Virus record (IMG/VR): IMGVR_UViG_3300043497_000005
DNA length: 64,000 nucleotides
Strand: one strand, 5' to 3'
Origin: a virus
Shown here: one piece after another, positions 35,768 through 44,321 of the stretch
How positions within the stretch are numbered: the stretch's first letter is position 1
Layout: every line of letters starts with the position of its first letter
Position numbers and translations under genes: made by a program
The notes under the pieces: model-generated
The model's input: the letters and a program-made list of their open reading frames with translations, nothing else
What the model was told of the DNA's origin: nothing
Databases searched by the model: none

Positions 35768-36773
35768 AATCGAGCGGCGTGTTGATCGCGCCATCACCTC
35801 CGCGATCCCGATCAGCGTCAAGTTGGGCGGCATCGATCCCGAGAACTACGGTCAGGTGATGGAGTTTTCGAAGGCGATGGCAACCTGCCGCGCTGGCATT
35901 CCGCAATGGCTGCGCGGATCGGTTGGTGACTGCCTGATGATCTGCACGCGCGCGCTGCGCTGGGGCATGGACCCGTTCTTCGTCGCGGAGAAATCCTACG
36001 CGATGCAGAACAAGAGCGGTGAGGTCAGGGTTGGTTATGAAAGCCAGTTGGTTCATGCCGTGATCGAGGCGCTGGCTCCGCTCAAGGGCAGGCTGCGCCA
36101 TCGCTTTGAGGGCGAAGGCGATGACACCGTCTGCATCGTATCCGGCACCTTCAAGGGCGAGGACGCGCCGCATGAATACACCAGCGAGCCGCTCGGCAAG
36201 CGGGTCAAGGACATCGGCAGGAACGAGAAGGGCAACTTCCGTGGCTCACCGCTGTGGCTGCAGAAGCCGCGCGTGCAGTTGTTCTATGATGCGTCGCGCG
36301 ACTGGGCGCGCATCAATTGTCCTGACGTGCTGGCTGGCGTCTACACCCGCGACGAACTACCAGACCACGAGCCGGTAGACGTAACGCCAGACAGTGGAAA
36401 GAAAACCGATGCATTGATGCAGCGGTTAAAGGAAGGGCGAGAGAAGCACGCTGACCATAGGGGATTCGATGCAGAGCATGTCGCACGAGAGGCGACGCTA
36501 AGCTCAGTGATCGAGGGCAGCACCAATTCCGGTGAAGCCGAACAGGGAGAGAACGATGAGCGCGTCAATGAGCCTGACGTTGAAGGACGGCAGGCAGATG
36601 CTGGTGATCGACCAGATGGAGATCGAAACGAAGACCGAGGCGAAGTCGCTGTCGGCGATGATCGAGAAGTGGGCGGAGAGCCTGCCGGACAGCAAGCCGA
36701 GGACGAGGACCAAGGCAAGGAAGACACCTTCCCGCCGGACCGCACCCCAGCGAAGCCCAAAGGCAAACGGTGA
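35751..36773 (+). CDS. recT: RecT-like single-strand annealing protein
   Basis: GDCLMIC..A.RWGMDPFFVA, W...PRVQL...WARINCPDVLAGVYTRDE; acidic tail; same operon as RecE. Confidence 0.75.
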   Translation: MVDVAEIERRVDRAITSAIPISVKLGGIDPENYGQVMEFSKAMATCRAGIPQWLRGSVGDCLMICTRALRWGMDPFFVAEKSYAMQNKSGEVRVGYESQLVHAVIEALAPLKGRLRHRFEGEGDDTVCIVSGTFKGEDAPHEYTSEPLGKRVKDIGRNEKGNFRGSPLWLQKPRVQLFYDASRDWARINCPDVLAGVYTRDELPDHEPVDVTPDSGKKTDALMQRLKEGREKHADHRGFDAEHVAREATLSSVIEGSTNSGEAEQGENDERVNEPDVEGRQADAGDRPDGDRNEDRGEVAVGDDREVGGEPAGQQAEDEDQGKEDTFPPDRTPAKPKGKR

Positions 36774-37096
36774 CACTGAGGCAACGCAAACCTCGCTTGT
36801 CTGATCCGGGCTATCTTGCATGGCTCCGCAAGCAACGCTGCGCCTGCGGATGCCTGCAGCCACCACCGTGCGACGCCGCCCACCTTCGTGCGACATCGTT
36901 CGAGCACGGCAAGCCCGGCGGTTGGGGTCGACCCGATGACCGCTGGGCCTTGCCGCTGAAGCATAATCACCACATGGCACAGCACCACCACGGCAACGAA
37001 CTTGCATGGTGGGCCGCGCACGGTGTCAGCGATCCCTTCGCGCTGGCGCAGCAATACTATCAACGCTATCAAAACATCAAAGGAGCTACCGAATGA
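36770..37096 (+). CDS. DUF968-like Zn/HNH-type nuclease
   Basis: YLAWLRKQRCACGC...DAAH...DDRWALPL..NHH. Confidence 0.7.
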   Translation: MTLRQRKPRLSDPGYLAWLRKQRCACGCLQPPPCDAAHLRATSFEHGKPGGWGRPDDRWALPLKHNHHMAQHHHGNELAWWAAHGVSDPFALAQQYYQRYQNIKGATE

Positions 37097-37485
37097 ACGA
37101 CCAGACCCCAGTTCGCCGCAGCCCGCTCGTCAACGTCGAGAACATCGACCATGATGTGCAGCAAGTGCTGTCGCGCAAGTTCACCGATCCGATGAAGGCG
37201 ATGCACGACCTCGATGATCTTGGCCGCATGTCAGCCGAGGCGGTTCTGACCCAGTACGAGGCCGCCGCCATCGCGGTCGAGGACATGGGAATCTCCGTCA
37301 AGGAGATGGTGAAGAAGCTCGGCGAGGCCTTGCTCGAATGTGCTGACGACATGAAGCACATCAACGAGACCGCCGTCGAGATTCGCGAGAAGGGTAAGCA
37401 CTCGCAGGCTCTGATCGAGCGCGTCAACGATCTGTCGAAGTCGATCCGCGCGGCCTGCGCTGAATTCAAGAAGCAGGTGGGCTGA
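37093..37485 (+). CDS. Helical hypothetical protein
   Basis: AAGGAG RBS. Confidence 0.65.
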   Translation: MNDQTPVRRSPLVNVENIDHDVQQVLSRKFTDPMKAMHDLDDLGRMSAEAVLTQYEAAAIAVEDMGISVKEMVKKLGEALLECADDMKHINETAVEIREKGKHSQALIERVNDLSKSIRAACAEFKKQVG

Positions 37486-37561
37486 TGGACACGTGGGCAG
37501 ACCAGAAGGTGATCACCGCCGAGCACCTCAAGCGTCGAGGGTCCAAGCTCAGGAAGCTGGC

Positions 37562-37849
37562 GTGATCACCTACAAGCGCAACACGAGGAGCACGCTGCAG
37601 GCCGCATATTCCGGCAGCGTGCGGATTGGCTACGTCGAGAGCAGCGCGAGCGAGCGATGGCTATGGTCGCTCAACACCATCCAGCCGGGCGGCGGTCGTG
37701 CCGCTGGCATTGCGGAATCAGAAGTGTTGGCCAAGGACCAGCTTGCATATCAATGGGTGAAGTGGGTCAACGCTGCCGGTCTACAATTGAACTTGAAGGA
37801 GCAACACCATGCCGAAGTCGAGCGACCCGCTGATCGTCAAGGAGCTTGA
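37562..37849 (+). CDS. Hypothetical protein
   Basis: GTG start inside the track ORF. Confidence 0.45.
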   Translation: MITYKRNTRSTLQAAYSGSVRIGYVESSASERWLWSLNTIQPGGGRAAGIAESEVLAKDQLAYQWVKWVNAAGLQLNLKEQHHAEVERPADRQGA

Positions 37850-38054
37850 GCGCCGCGCCAAGAACGACGCGCTGATCAACAGCGAGTACAAGGCGACCAA
37901 GGACCACTGGAAGACCGGCTACGCGATGCACGGCAACATCGGCGTGCGCTACTATCCGTTCTGCGACCGGTATGCTTGGTTCAACGAGACCGGGCCGATC
38001 AGCAAGGGCGTCGCCTTGAGGGAGATAAAGCTCGGCATGCGGATGTCGGCATGA
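37809..38054 (+). CDS. Hypothetical protein
   Basis: AAGGAGCAA RBS. Confidence 0.6.
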   Translation: MPKSSDPLIVKELERRAKNDALINSEYKATKDHWKTGYAMHGNIGVRYYPFCDRYAWFNETGPISKGVALREIKLGMRMSA

Positions 38055-38512
38055 CGATCACGGCGATGGAATCGAGAAGCCTGCGCGTACCTACGCACTG
38101 GCGCGTGCTGACCGAATGGCTACCGCAAGGGAGCATCGCGATGAGCCCCATCAAGATACTATTCGCGTTCGCTGCAATGATGTCGTTGCTGATGGTGCTG
38201 GCGATCCAGCGGCTCCCGGGTGAGGAGCGCATCGAGGTGCCGAAGGTCGAGCCGTTGCCGCTGGCGCAGAAGACCGATCCGATCTTCAGCGTTGCGCCGC
38301 CGAAGGTCGCTCCGGTTAGGATCATCGACACATCGAAATTGGTCACCGAGCGCGTCGTGCCCGATGCGCCGGTAGCTGAGCCGCCGGTTGCGAAGGAGGG
38401 ACCGCAACCGGCGGCGAAGCGGGTGGCCGAAACCGAGAGCAACGTTTGCACGAGGCACAAGCTCAGAAAAGTTATAACGAATGGAGGTCGCTCATGGCGC
38501 TGCCGACGCTGA
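38051..38512 (+). CDS. Membrane-anchored hypothetical protein
   Basis: TM segment, Pro-rich linker, C-terminal CTRH...WRC. Confidence 0.6.
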   Translation: MTITAMESRSLRVPTHWRVLTEWLPQGSIAMSPIKILFAFAAMMSLLMVLAIQRLPGEERIEVPKVEPLPLAQKTDPIFSVAPPKVAPVRIIDTSKLVTERVVPDAPVAEPPVAKEGPQPAAKRVAETESNVCTRHKLRKVITNGGRSWRCRR

Positions 38513-39039
38513 AGTTGCCGCCAATAAAATACCTGCGCTCATGCTTCGACTATAATCGAACCGAGGGAAGTTTGCGCTGGAGACACCGACCGCGCAACCA
38601 CTTCGGTTCTGAGCGCGAATGGAAAAGATGGAATATACGATTTGCCGGAACGGCTGTCGGGTATAGCAGACGCCACTGCCGCATCAGTCTTGCGGGCGCG
38701 TGTTACGCGGCGCATCGCGTGATATGGAAACTAGAGACAGGTAATGAGCCGCCGCCGAACATTGACCACAAGAATCGCGACGGGTGCGACAATCGCTTTG
38801 ACAATTTACGACCAGCCACCCAGACCAACCAGAATTGCAACAGGGAGAGAATGAGAAACAATTGTTCTGGATACACTGGCGTTAGCTTTTCTCGCAACAA
38901 GTGGCGGGCTGTCATTTACCTAAACAAAGTCCAACATCATCTCGGCTACTTTCCAACCGCTACAGAAGCTGCCGCCGCTTATAGCGAGATGGCACGAAAA
39001 CTTCACGGCGAATTTCACGTACCGGAGCGGAACAAATGA
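38494..39039 (+). CDS. HNH homing endonuclease with AP2 domain
   Basis: AHRVIW...IDHKNRDGCDNRFDNLR..T..NQ.N; GVS...KWRA.I...HLGYF. Confidence 0.9.
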   Translation: MALPTLKLPPIKYLRSCFDYNRTEGSLRWRHRPRNHFGSEREWKRWNIRFAGTAVGYSRRHCRISLAGACYAAHRVIWKLETGNEPPPNIDHKNRDGCDNRFDNLRPATQTNQNCNRERMRNNCSGYTGVSFSRNKWRAVIYLNKVQHHLGYFPTATEAAAAYSEMARKLHGEFHVPERNK

Positions 39040-39581
39040 GCGTCACCTATAGCGTCGAGTTACTGGAAGCCACCATCAACAAACAGGTCGAGCGCATCGA
39101 GGAACTGGAAGCGGCGCTGCGAGACGCCGCCGTCCGCATCGAGGGGCTGAACCCGGCGATACAAAAAAGCGTCGATGATTGGCGTGAACGTGGCGAGCGC
39201 ATCGAGGCGCTGGAGGCGGCGCTGCACAAGATTGATGACATAACAATCGACCATACTGCGATGGGGATCGCCCGCAAAGCCCTCGCCAGCGCCGCACTCG
39301 CACCGGAGGAGAGACAAGTGACCCGAACTCTTTGGGAGCTTCTGCGCGAGCATAAGATCGACCTCACAACGGCACAGCACATCTGTAACGATGCGATGAT
39401 AAATGGTGTTTCAGTCCCATGTGAAACCGCCCGCATCGAGGCGCTGGAAGCGGCGCTACGGCTTATCCGTGATGATGGAAGGAACTGCACTGACCACTGC
39501 CGCCGCCAAGCCGACCGCGCGTTTGGGCGACACCGAAAACTCCCTGACCAAACCGAAGCAGAGAAGGAGCAAGACCGATGA
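39036..39581 (+). CDS. Coiled-coil protein with three RIE(A/E)LEAAL modules
   Basis: Repeats visible at both protein and DNA level. Confidence 0.6.
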   Translation: MSVTYSVELLEATINKQVERIEELEAALRDAAVRIEGLNPAIQKSVDDWRERGERIEALEAALHKIDDITIDHTAMGIARKALASAALAPEERQVTRTLWELLREHKIDLTTAQHICNDAMINGVSVPCETARIEALEAALRLIRDDGRNCTDHCRRQADRAFGRHRKLPDQTEAEKEQDR

Positions 39582-40072
39582 CGGCAATAAGAACCAAAAC
39601 AGTAGAGACGTTCAAGCTGACCGTGGAAGTAATCCAGCGCGACATCGATGAGGGCAAGTGCGGCCTCGTCTCCAAATGCATGGAGAAGATTTCCATCGAG
39701 CGCGCGCTGCGCAAGATCGATCCGAAGGGTGGTGACCACAAGGTTCGCATCGACGCTGGCATCGTGAAGTTCGCACTGAAGGGCTACCGCTGGCGCGGCA
39801 TCACGCCGAAGATAGCCAAGCGGTCCCTGATCCAGTTCGACAAGGAAGCAAGGGCTCGCGCCAAGGCCGAGAAGGAAGGCCGCCAGCATGTCTCGCGGGT
39901 CAAGCCGCACAAGTATCGCATGGAGGTCGAGCGGATGAGCAAGATCACGCCGTTCACCAAGGAGCGGCTGGCGCAGGTCTACGAGGCGCGCGAGAGACGG
40001 GCGGCAGAAGGTCGACCGGACAAGCGGACCTATGACCTGCATCACCGCGTTGTAGGGCTTGGGTCCGTTTAA
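39578..40072 (+). CDS. Hypothetical protein
   Basis: AAGGAGCAA RBS. Confidence 0.65.
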   Translation: MTAIRTKTVETFKLTVEVIQRDIDEGKCGLVSKCMEKISIERALRKIDPKGGDHKVRIDAGIVKFALKGYRWRGITPKIAKRSLIQFDKEARARAKAEKEGRQHVSRVKPHKYRMEVERMSKITPFTKERLAQVYEARERRAAEGRPDKRTYDLHHRVVGLGSV

Positions 40073-40198
40073 CTCACGTTAGCTTGGCCGACACCAAACC
40101 CTTCCCGATAACGGTCTGACACCGGACACAACATAATACAAATGGGGCTTGCGTAGTACGCAGCCTTGGTTGTAATTATCGGGGAGGGAGCAAACCTC

Positions 40199-40411
40199 GT
40201 GACCGACAGAAAACCACCATCCTACAATCCCAACGCCAGATACTGGCTGAACCAATCTGTGGCGCGGGCCGAGCGCAGGCTGGAGATGCTACACATCCGC
40301 CAGCAGATCGCAGCAATTGACGAGAAACTGAGGATTCTGGAACGATGCCATCCACCTCAGAAGGCTACCAGCGAGGAGCCTTCTGAGGTGCATTCCGCAC
40401 CAACTTCCTGA
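40199..40411 (+). CDS. Hypothetical protein
   Basis: GTG start after GGAGCAA. Confidence 0.45.
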   Translation: MTDRKPPSYNPNARYWLNQSVARAERRLEMLHIRQQIAAIDEKLRILERCHPPQKATSEEPSEVHSAPTS

Positions 40412-40432
40412 TCAGAAGAAGGACTACAAATT

Positions 40433-41152
40433 ATGAGAAAACTATTAATGGCTACGGCCTTACTTGCGTTAGCGGCGGTGACACCCGCCAGCGCAAATGT
40501 TGTGCTTGATACTACTGGACAAGGTGGCACCGGCACCAACGTGGTGTTTACTGGCATTGATGCCAACGATCCTCGCTTGATTCTTGGTCACCTCAACGGC
40601 CAGAACAACGAGATCGTAAGGTTCTTCGACCGGTCCAACACCACTGGGTTCACTGGACAAGCAAGCGGTCAGAGCATCAAAATCGAGAACACCCGCGATC
40701 TGGATATCACCATCTGGGACAGCACCAACACGACCCAGCTTGGTACTACAGAGAATGCCTTCTCCATCAAGGGAACGGGCAACATCTTCTTCCTCCTGCA
40801 GGTCGCAGAACCGGATGGCACCATCAACAACCTCGCCTTCACCAACCTTCCGGGAGGTGTGGCAGGGCTTGGGGGTGGCGGCTACGATCTTGGCAACGGC
40901 AATCAGCAGAAGGGCTTTGACTTCATCGCCAGTGGTGGCGAGGTCATTGTCGATCTGGACCTCTACCTTGGTGTCGGCGGCAAGATCAACGACTTCGAAC
41001 ACTTCCGCATCGACGTGAGCCCGATCCCGCAGGTTGCGGCTGTACCTGAATTGAGCACATGGGCGTTAATGTGCATCGGGTTCGCTGGTCTCGGTTTCAT
41101 GGCCTATCGTCGGCGTGAAAACAACGGCGGTCAAGCGTTTCGTTTAGCGTAG
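40433..41152 (+). CDS. PEPxxWA-CTERM sorting-domain protein
   Basis: Signal peptide; C-terminal VPELSTWALMCIGFAGLGFMAYRRR. Confidence 0.88.
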   Translation: MRKLLMATALLALAAVTPASANVVLDTTGQGGTGTNVVFTGIDANDPRLILGHLNGQNNEIVRFFDRSNTTGFTGQASGQSIKIENTRDLDITIWDSTNTTQLGTTENAFSIKGTGNIFFLLQVAEPDGTINNLAFTNLPGGVAGLGGGGYDLGNGNQQKGFDFIASGGEVIVDLDLYLGVGGKINDFEHFRIDVSPIPQVAAVPELSTWALMCIGFAGLGFMAYRRRENNGGQAFRLA

Positions 41153-41162
41153 CGTAAGCGTA

Positions 41163-41194
41163 GTGGGGTGCGGTTAACACGCACCCCATTTTTC
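41163..41194 (+). terminator. Intrinsic terminator
   Basis: TGGGGTGCG-GTTAACA-CGCACCCCA followed by T5. Confidence 0.65.
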
Positions 41195-41209
41195 TGGGAG
41201 CATCACCCC

Positions 41210-41722
41210 ATGAAGATTTACGATTTCGAAGACTGGGAGCTAACCCAATACACGTTGAAGGACGTGCTCGACTACGACCCGGAAACCGGGAATTTTATCT
41301 GGCTGGTGAAACCTTCCGCGCGTGTTGCGCTTGGTCAGCGGGCCGGTTCATTGGATGCAAAGGGCTACCGGGTGATCAAGATTGCCGGACAAAGCTACAA
41401 GGCCCACCGTCTGGCATGGCTCTGGGAGCATGGCGAGTGGCCGAAACTCGATCTCGATTTCATCAACCGCGACCCTGACGACTGTAGGATTAAGAACCTG
41501 CGTGAAGCCACCAAGAGCCAGAACGGCGGAAACAGCGTGGTCCGGAGGAAGGGATTGAAAGGTGCGTACTGGCATGAGCCAGATCAAAAATGGACAAGTG
41601 CGATTCGCGCCAACGGGAAAAACTATTGGCTGGGTAATTTCAAAACCGAGAAGGAGGCCCACGCAGCGTATTGTCAGGCGGCTAAAAAATACTTCGGAAG
41701 GTTTGCACACTCGGGAAAATAG
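41210..41722 (+). CDS. HNH homing endonuclease with AP2-like domain
   Basis: LDYDPETG...KAHRLAW...DFINRDPDDCRIKNLREAT; the usual His reads F. Confidence 0.85.
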   Translation: MKIYDFEDWELTQYTLKDVLDYDPETGNFIWLVKPSARVALGQRAGSLDAKGYRVIKIAGQSYKAHRLAWLWEHGEWPKLDLDFINRDPDDCRIKNLREATKSQNGGNSVVRRKGLKGAYWHEPDQKWTSAIRANGKNYWLGNFKTEKEAHAAYCQAAKKYFGRFAHSGK

Positions 41723-41794
41723 ATGCAGCGCGCAGCGCCCATTAAGACGTTGCGCGGTGCATCCCGCACCGCTCTCTAGCTAGGAGTTTTACTC

Positions 41795-42367
41795 ATGTTA
41801 AAGAAGCTGCTGTTAACAGCCACACTTGCTTTAGGCCTCGCCGCCCCGGCGAGCGCCGCCGTCGTTAGTGACTTCGGCATTGACCCGCCGTCGTCGTCGG
41901 CCCCTTTCGGCAACGCTCCGGGTGCAGGACTGTTTACCGATTACTACACCTTCACCCTTTTGGATGGAGCATACATCGCGGTCGCCAACGCCACCAACAC
42001 GTTTGCTGATGGCGTCATCGGTGGTGCCAACTACATCGGGAATTTCGCTGCGGCGATTTACGAGACAGTTGGTGACCCCGGCGGCGGCGACGACACTCTG
42101 GTGTTTGGCCCGCAATTCGCGAGCCTGAACACTGGTGCAAGGAGCCAGTCGCTCAACGGCATCGGGTTCTTGGACGAGGGCAGCTACTACCTGCAAATCT
42201 CCGGTAACGCCGGAGCGACCGCAGGCTATGGCGGCAACTTCTCCGTCACGCAAGTGGCACCCGTACCTGAGCCTGCGACTTGGGTGCTTTTAATCGCTGG
42301 CTTCGCTGGCGTGGGCTTCATGGCCTATCGCAAGCGAAACGGTGAGGCATCTTTCCGCGTCGCATAA
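41795..42367 (+). CDS. PEPxxWA-CTERM protein with FxDxY/F N-terminal motif
   Basis: Signal peptide, FTDYYTFTL, VPEPATWVLLIAGFAGVGFMAYRKR. Confidence 0.9.
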   Translation: MLKKLLLTATLALGLAAPASAAVVSDFGIDPPSSSAPFGNAPGAGLFTDYYTFTLLDGAYIAVANATNTFADGVIGGANYIGNFAAAIYETVGDPGGGDDTLVFGPQFASLNTGARSQSLNGIGFLDEGSYYLQISGNAGATAGYGGNFSVTQVAPVPEPATWVLLIAGFAGVGFMAYRKRNGEASFRVA

Positions 42368-42440
42368 AGCGATCCAAGAAGGAGCAGCGCAGGGAGATCG
42401 GAATCAACCGGTCCCCTGCGTTTCTTATAAGGAGCAACAA

Positions 42441-42701
42441 ATGGACGAGCATCTCGACGGCTTGCACGGTCACGTGCACGGGGTGGTGAAACGCCTGAAG
42501 ATGGGCGATACCGGATCGATCCCGGTCACCAAGGAATATCCGGCGGACGAGATCAGGCTCTACGCGACAGCCTACGGCATGCACAAGAAGAAGTGGTTCG
42601 TCACCAGCTACGACAAGGCGACCAACACGGTGATCGCCAAGCGCACCATGCCGCCGAACTTCGACGCGCCGGACATGATCGATCCCGAGGAGGAATTGTA
42701 A
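42441..42701 (+). CDS. Hypothetical protein
   Basis: AAGGAGCAA RBS. Confidence 0.6.
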   Translation: MDEHLDGLHGHVHGVVKRLKMGDTGSIPVTKEYPADEIRLYATAYGMHKKKWFVTSYDKATNTVIAKRTMPPNFDAPDMIDPEEEL

Positions 42702-42935
42702 ATGCCGATATCCAGCAACATGACCCCCGATCAATTTCAGGATCACATGGACAAGCTGTCGATCCGTGTCAGCCAAGCACTGGGCGGCGAGCGTTTGGAG
42801 GATGCCATGAGCGCCTGCGCCGCCTGCATCGGCTTCGGCATGATCCAGCTTCCGCCGGAGCAGCACGACAAGATGCGCGCGCACCTCGACCGCATCATCG
42901 ATGTGATCATCGAGAAAGCACCGAGGACGCAATGA
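42702..42935 (+). CDS. Hypothetical protein
   Basis: 77-aa coupled ORF. Confidence 0.55.
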   Translation: MPISSNMTPDQFQDHMDKLSIRVSQALGGERLEDAMSACAACIGFGMIQLPPEQHDKMRAHLDRIIDVIIEKAPRTQ

Positions 42936-43318
42936 AAAAGTTCGTGCCGCTGACGCTGCAGGCGAACCGGCTTCGTGAGGGCAGCTACGCGAGCGATGAG
43001 AGCTTTGGTTTAGCTGGAGCGTTTCGCCTGATCGCGCCGAGCGGCGCAATGTTGATGGCTCTGTCGAGCGGGCCGTCAGGCAACGGCAATGACACGGGCT
43101 GGGAGCACGTGTCGGTTTCGGCGGAGAAGCGATGTCCGACGTGGGAGGAGATGTGCTGGATAAAGGACCTGTTCTGGGGCGAGCACGAGATGGCGGTGCA
43201 GTACCATCCGCCGAAGAGCGAATACGTGAACTTCCATCCGCACGTGCTGCACATCTGGAAGCCGAGCACGATGGTGATTCCGATGCCACCGTCGTTGCTG
43301 GTGGGGCCGAAGCGATGA
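42932..43318 (+). CDS. Conserved phage hypothetical protein
   Basis: GWEHVSVS...RCPTWEEMCWIKDLFW...YVNFHPHVLHIW. Confidence 0.7.
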   Translation: MKKFVPLTLQANRLREGSYASDESFGLAGAFRLIAPSGAMLMALSSGPSGNGNDTGWEHVSVSAEKRCPTWEEMCWIKDLFWGEHEMAVQYHPPKSEYVNFHPHVLHIWKPSTMVIPMPPSLLVGPKR

Positions 43319-43587
43319 CGCTGGTGATGCGCACCACTTGCCCGTTCTGCGGCTTCCATCACAACCGGCTCAGCGTGGCCTTCAGCGACGACGATGAGGC
43401 GACGCCGACCGACGGCGACGCCACCATGTGCTTTGGCTGCGGCGCGTTCGTCATCTTGGACAGCACCCGGGACGCCGGGCTGCGCAGGCCAACCAAGGCA
43501 GAGCGCCGCGAGATAGAGCGGGACGAACGTTTCACGCAGCTACGCACTGGCTGGAACGAATTTCAGCGAAAGCGGTCAACGAGTTAG
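43315..43587 (+). CDS. Zn-finger protein
   Basis: CPFC...CFGC. Confidence 0.6.
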   Translation: MTLVMRTTCPFCGFHHNRLSVAFSDDDEATPTDGDATMCFGCGAFVILDSTRDAGLRRPTKAERREIERDERFTQLRTGWNEFQRKRSTS

Positions 43588-43603
43588 GAAAAGGTGTGGT
43601 CTG

Positions 43604-43900
43604 GTGCGCCTGATCTGTGAAACATGCCACAGGCGATGGAAGCTGGCCCCCGGGGAGAAGAGGTGGGGCGGTTCCTGCCCGGCCTGCCGCCGGGCTCGCT
43701 CGCTGCGCCGCGAAGCCGCCGGGCTCAGCCGCCGCAGGATCGCATTAGAAGCCCGTGGAGAGCCTTTGCCATCCGGCCCTCCACCGACACCGGACCAGTT
43801 GCTCGCGCTAATGAGCGAGGCGGATTCCAAGGCGGCGCGGGCGCTCGAACTGGCCACCTCGCTCGCCACCCGGTTCAGGTCCCCGGACAGGCTGAAATAG
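43604..43900 (+). CDS. Zn-finger hypothetical protein
   Basis: CETC...CPAC; last rightward ORF. Confidence 0.45.
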   Translation: MRLICETCHRRWKLAPGEKRWGGSCPACRRARSLRREAAGLSRRRIALEARGEPLPSGPPPTPDQLLALMSEADSKAARALELATSLATRFRSPDRLK

Positions 43901-43934
43901 GGAACCCGTTAGCTCCCACGGTGGGCGATATTTC

Positions 43935-44150
43935 CTACCGGGCGATCCGGGGCACCCCGCCGTCGATGGCTCCGACGAACTGGAGCAGGAGCACGATGAC
44001 GATCAAGACCGAGAGCACCATCAGCACGATCTTGGCAATGCGCCGGAAGGGCTCGTCCATCGGCAGGTTGTCGATCAGGTAGCTCAACAGCCAGAACACC
44101 ACGCCGATGACGATGATGTAGACGACGAGCGATACGAGCGATGTGATCAT
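43935..44150 (-). CDS. Two-TM membrane protein, possible holin
   Basis: Two hydrophobic helices; downstream of the endolysin. Confidence 0.6.
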   Translation of the reverse strand: MITSLVSLVVYIIVIGVVFWLLSYLIDNLPMDEPFRRIAKIVLMVLSVLIVIVLLLQFVGAIDGGVPRIAR

Positions 44151-44290
44151 GGCATTTTCCTTTCGGGCCACGTCGCGTTGCACTTGCTGCAACGGATGAA
44201 GCGCCAGCCCGCGACGGCGTCGCCGGGTGCCAGCGTGTGATAGCGCCGATGAAACAATCGGCAGATGATGCGATCCAGTAGTTGCGTCAT
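44147..44290 (-). CDS. Small hypothetical protein
   Basis: MTQLLDRIICRLFHRRY...RCSKC. Confidence 0.45.
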   Translation of the reverse strand: MTQLLDRIICRLFHRRYHTLAPGDAVAGWRFIRCSKCNATWPERKMP

Positions 44291-44321
44291 GCGTTGGGCT
44301 CCAACCTTTGCGAGCGCGGCC

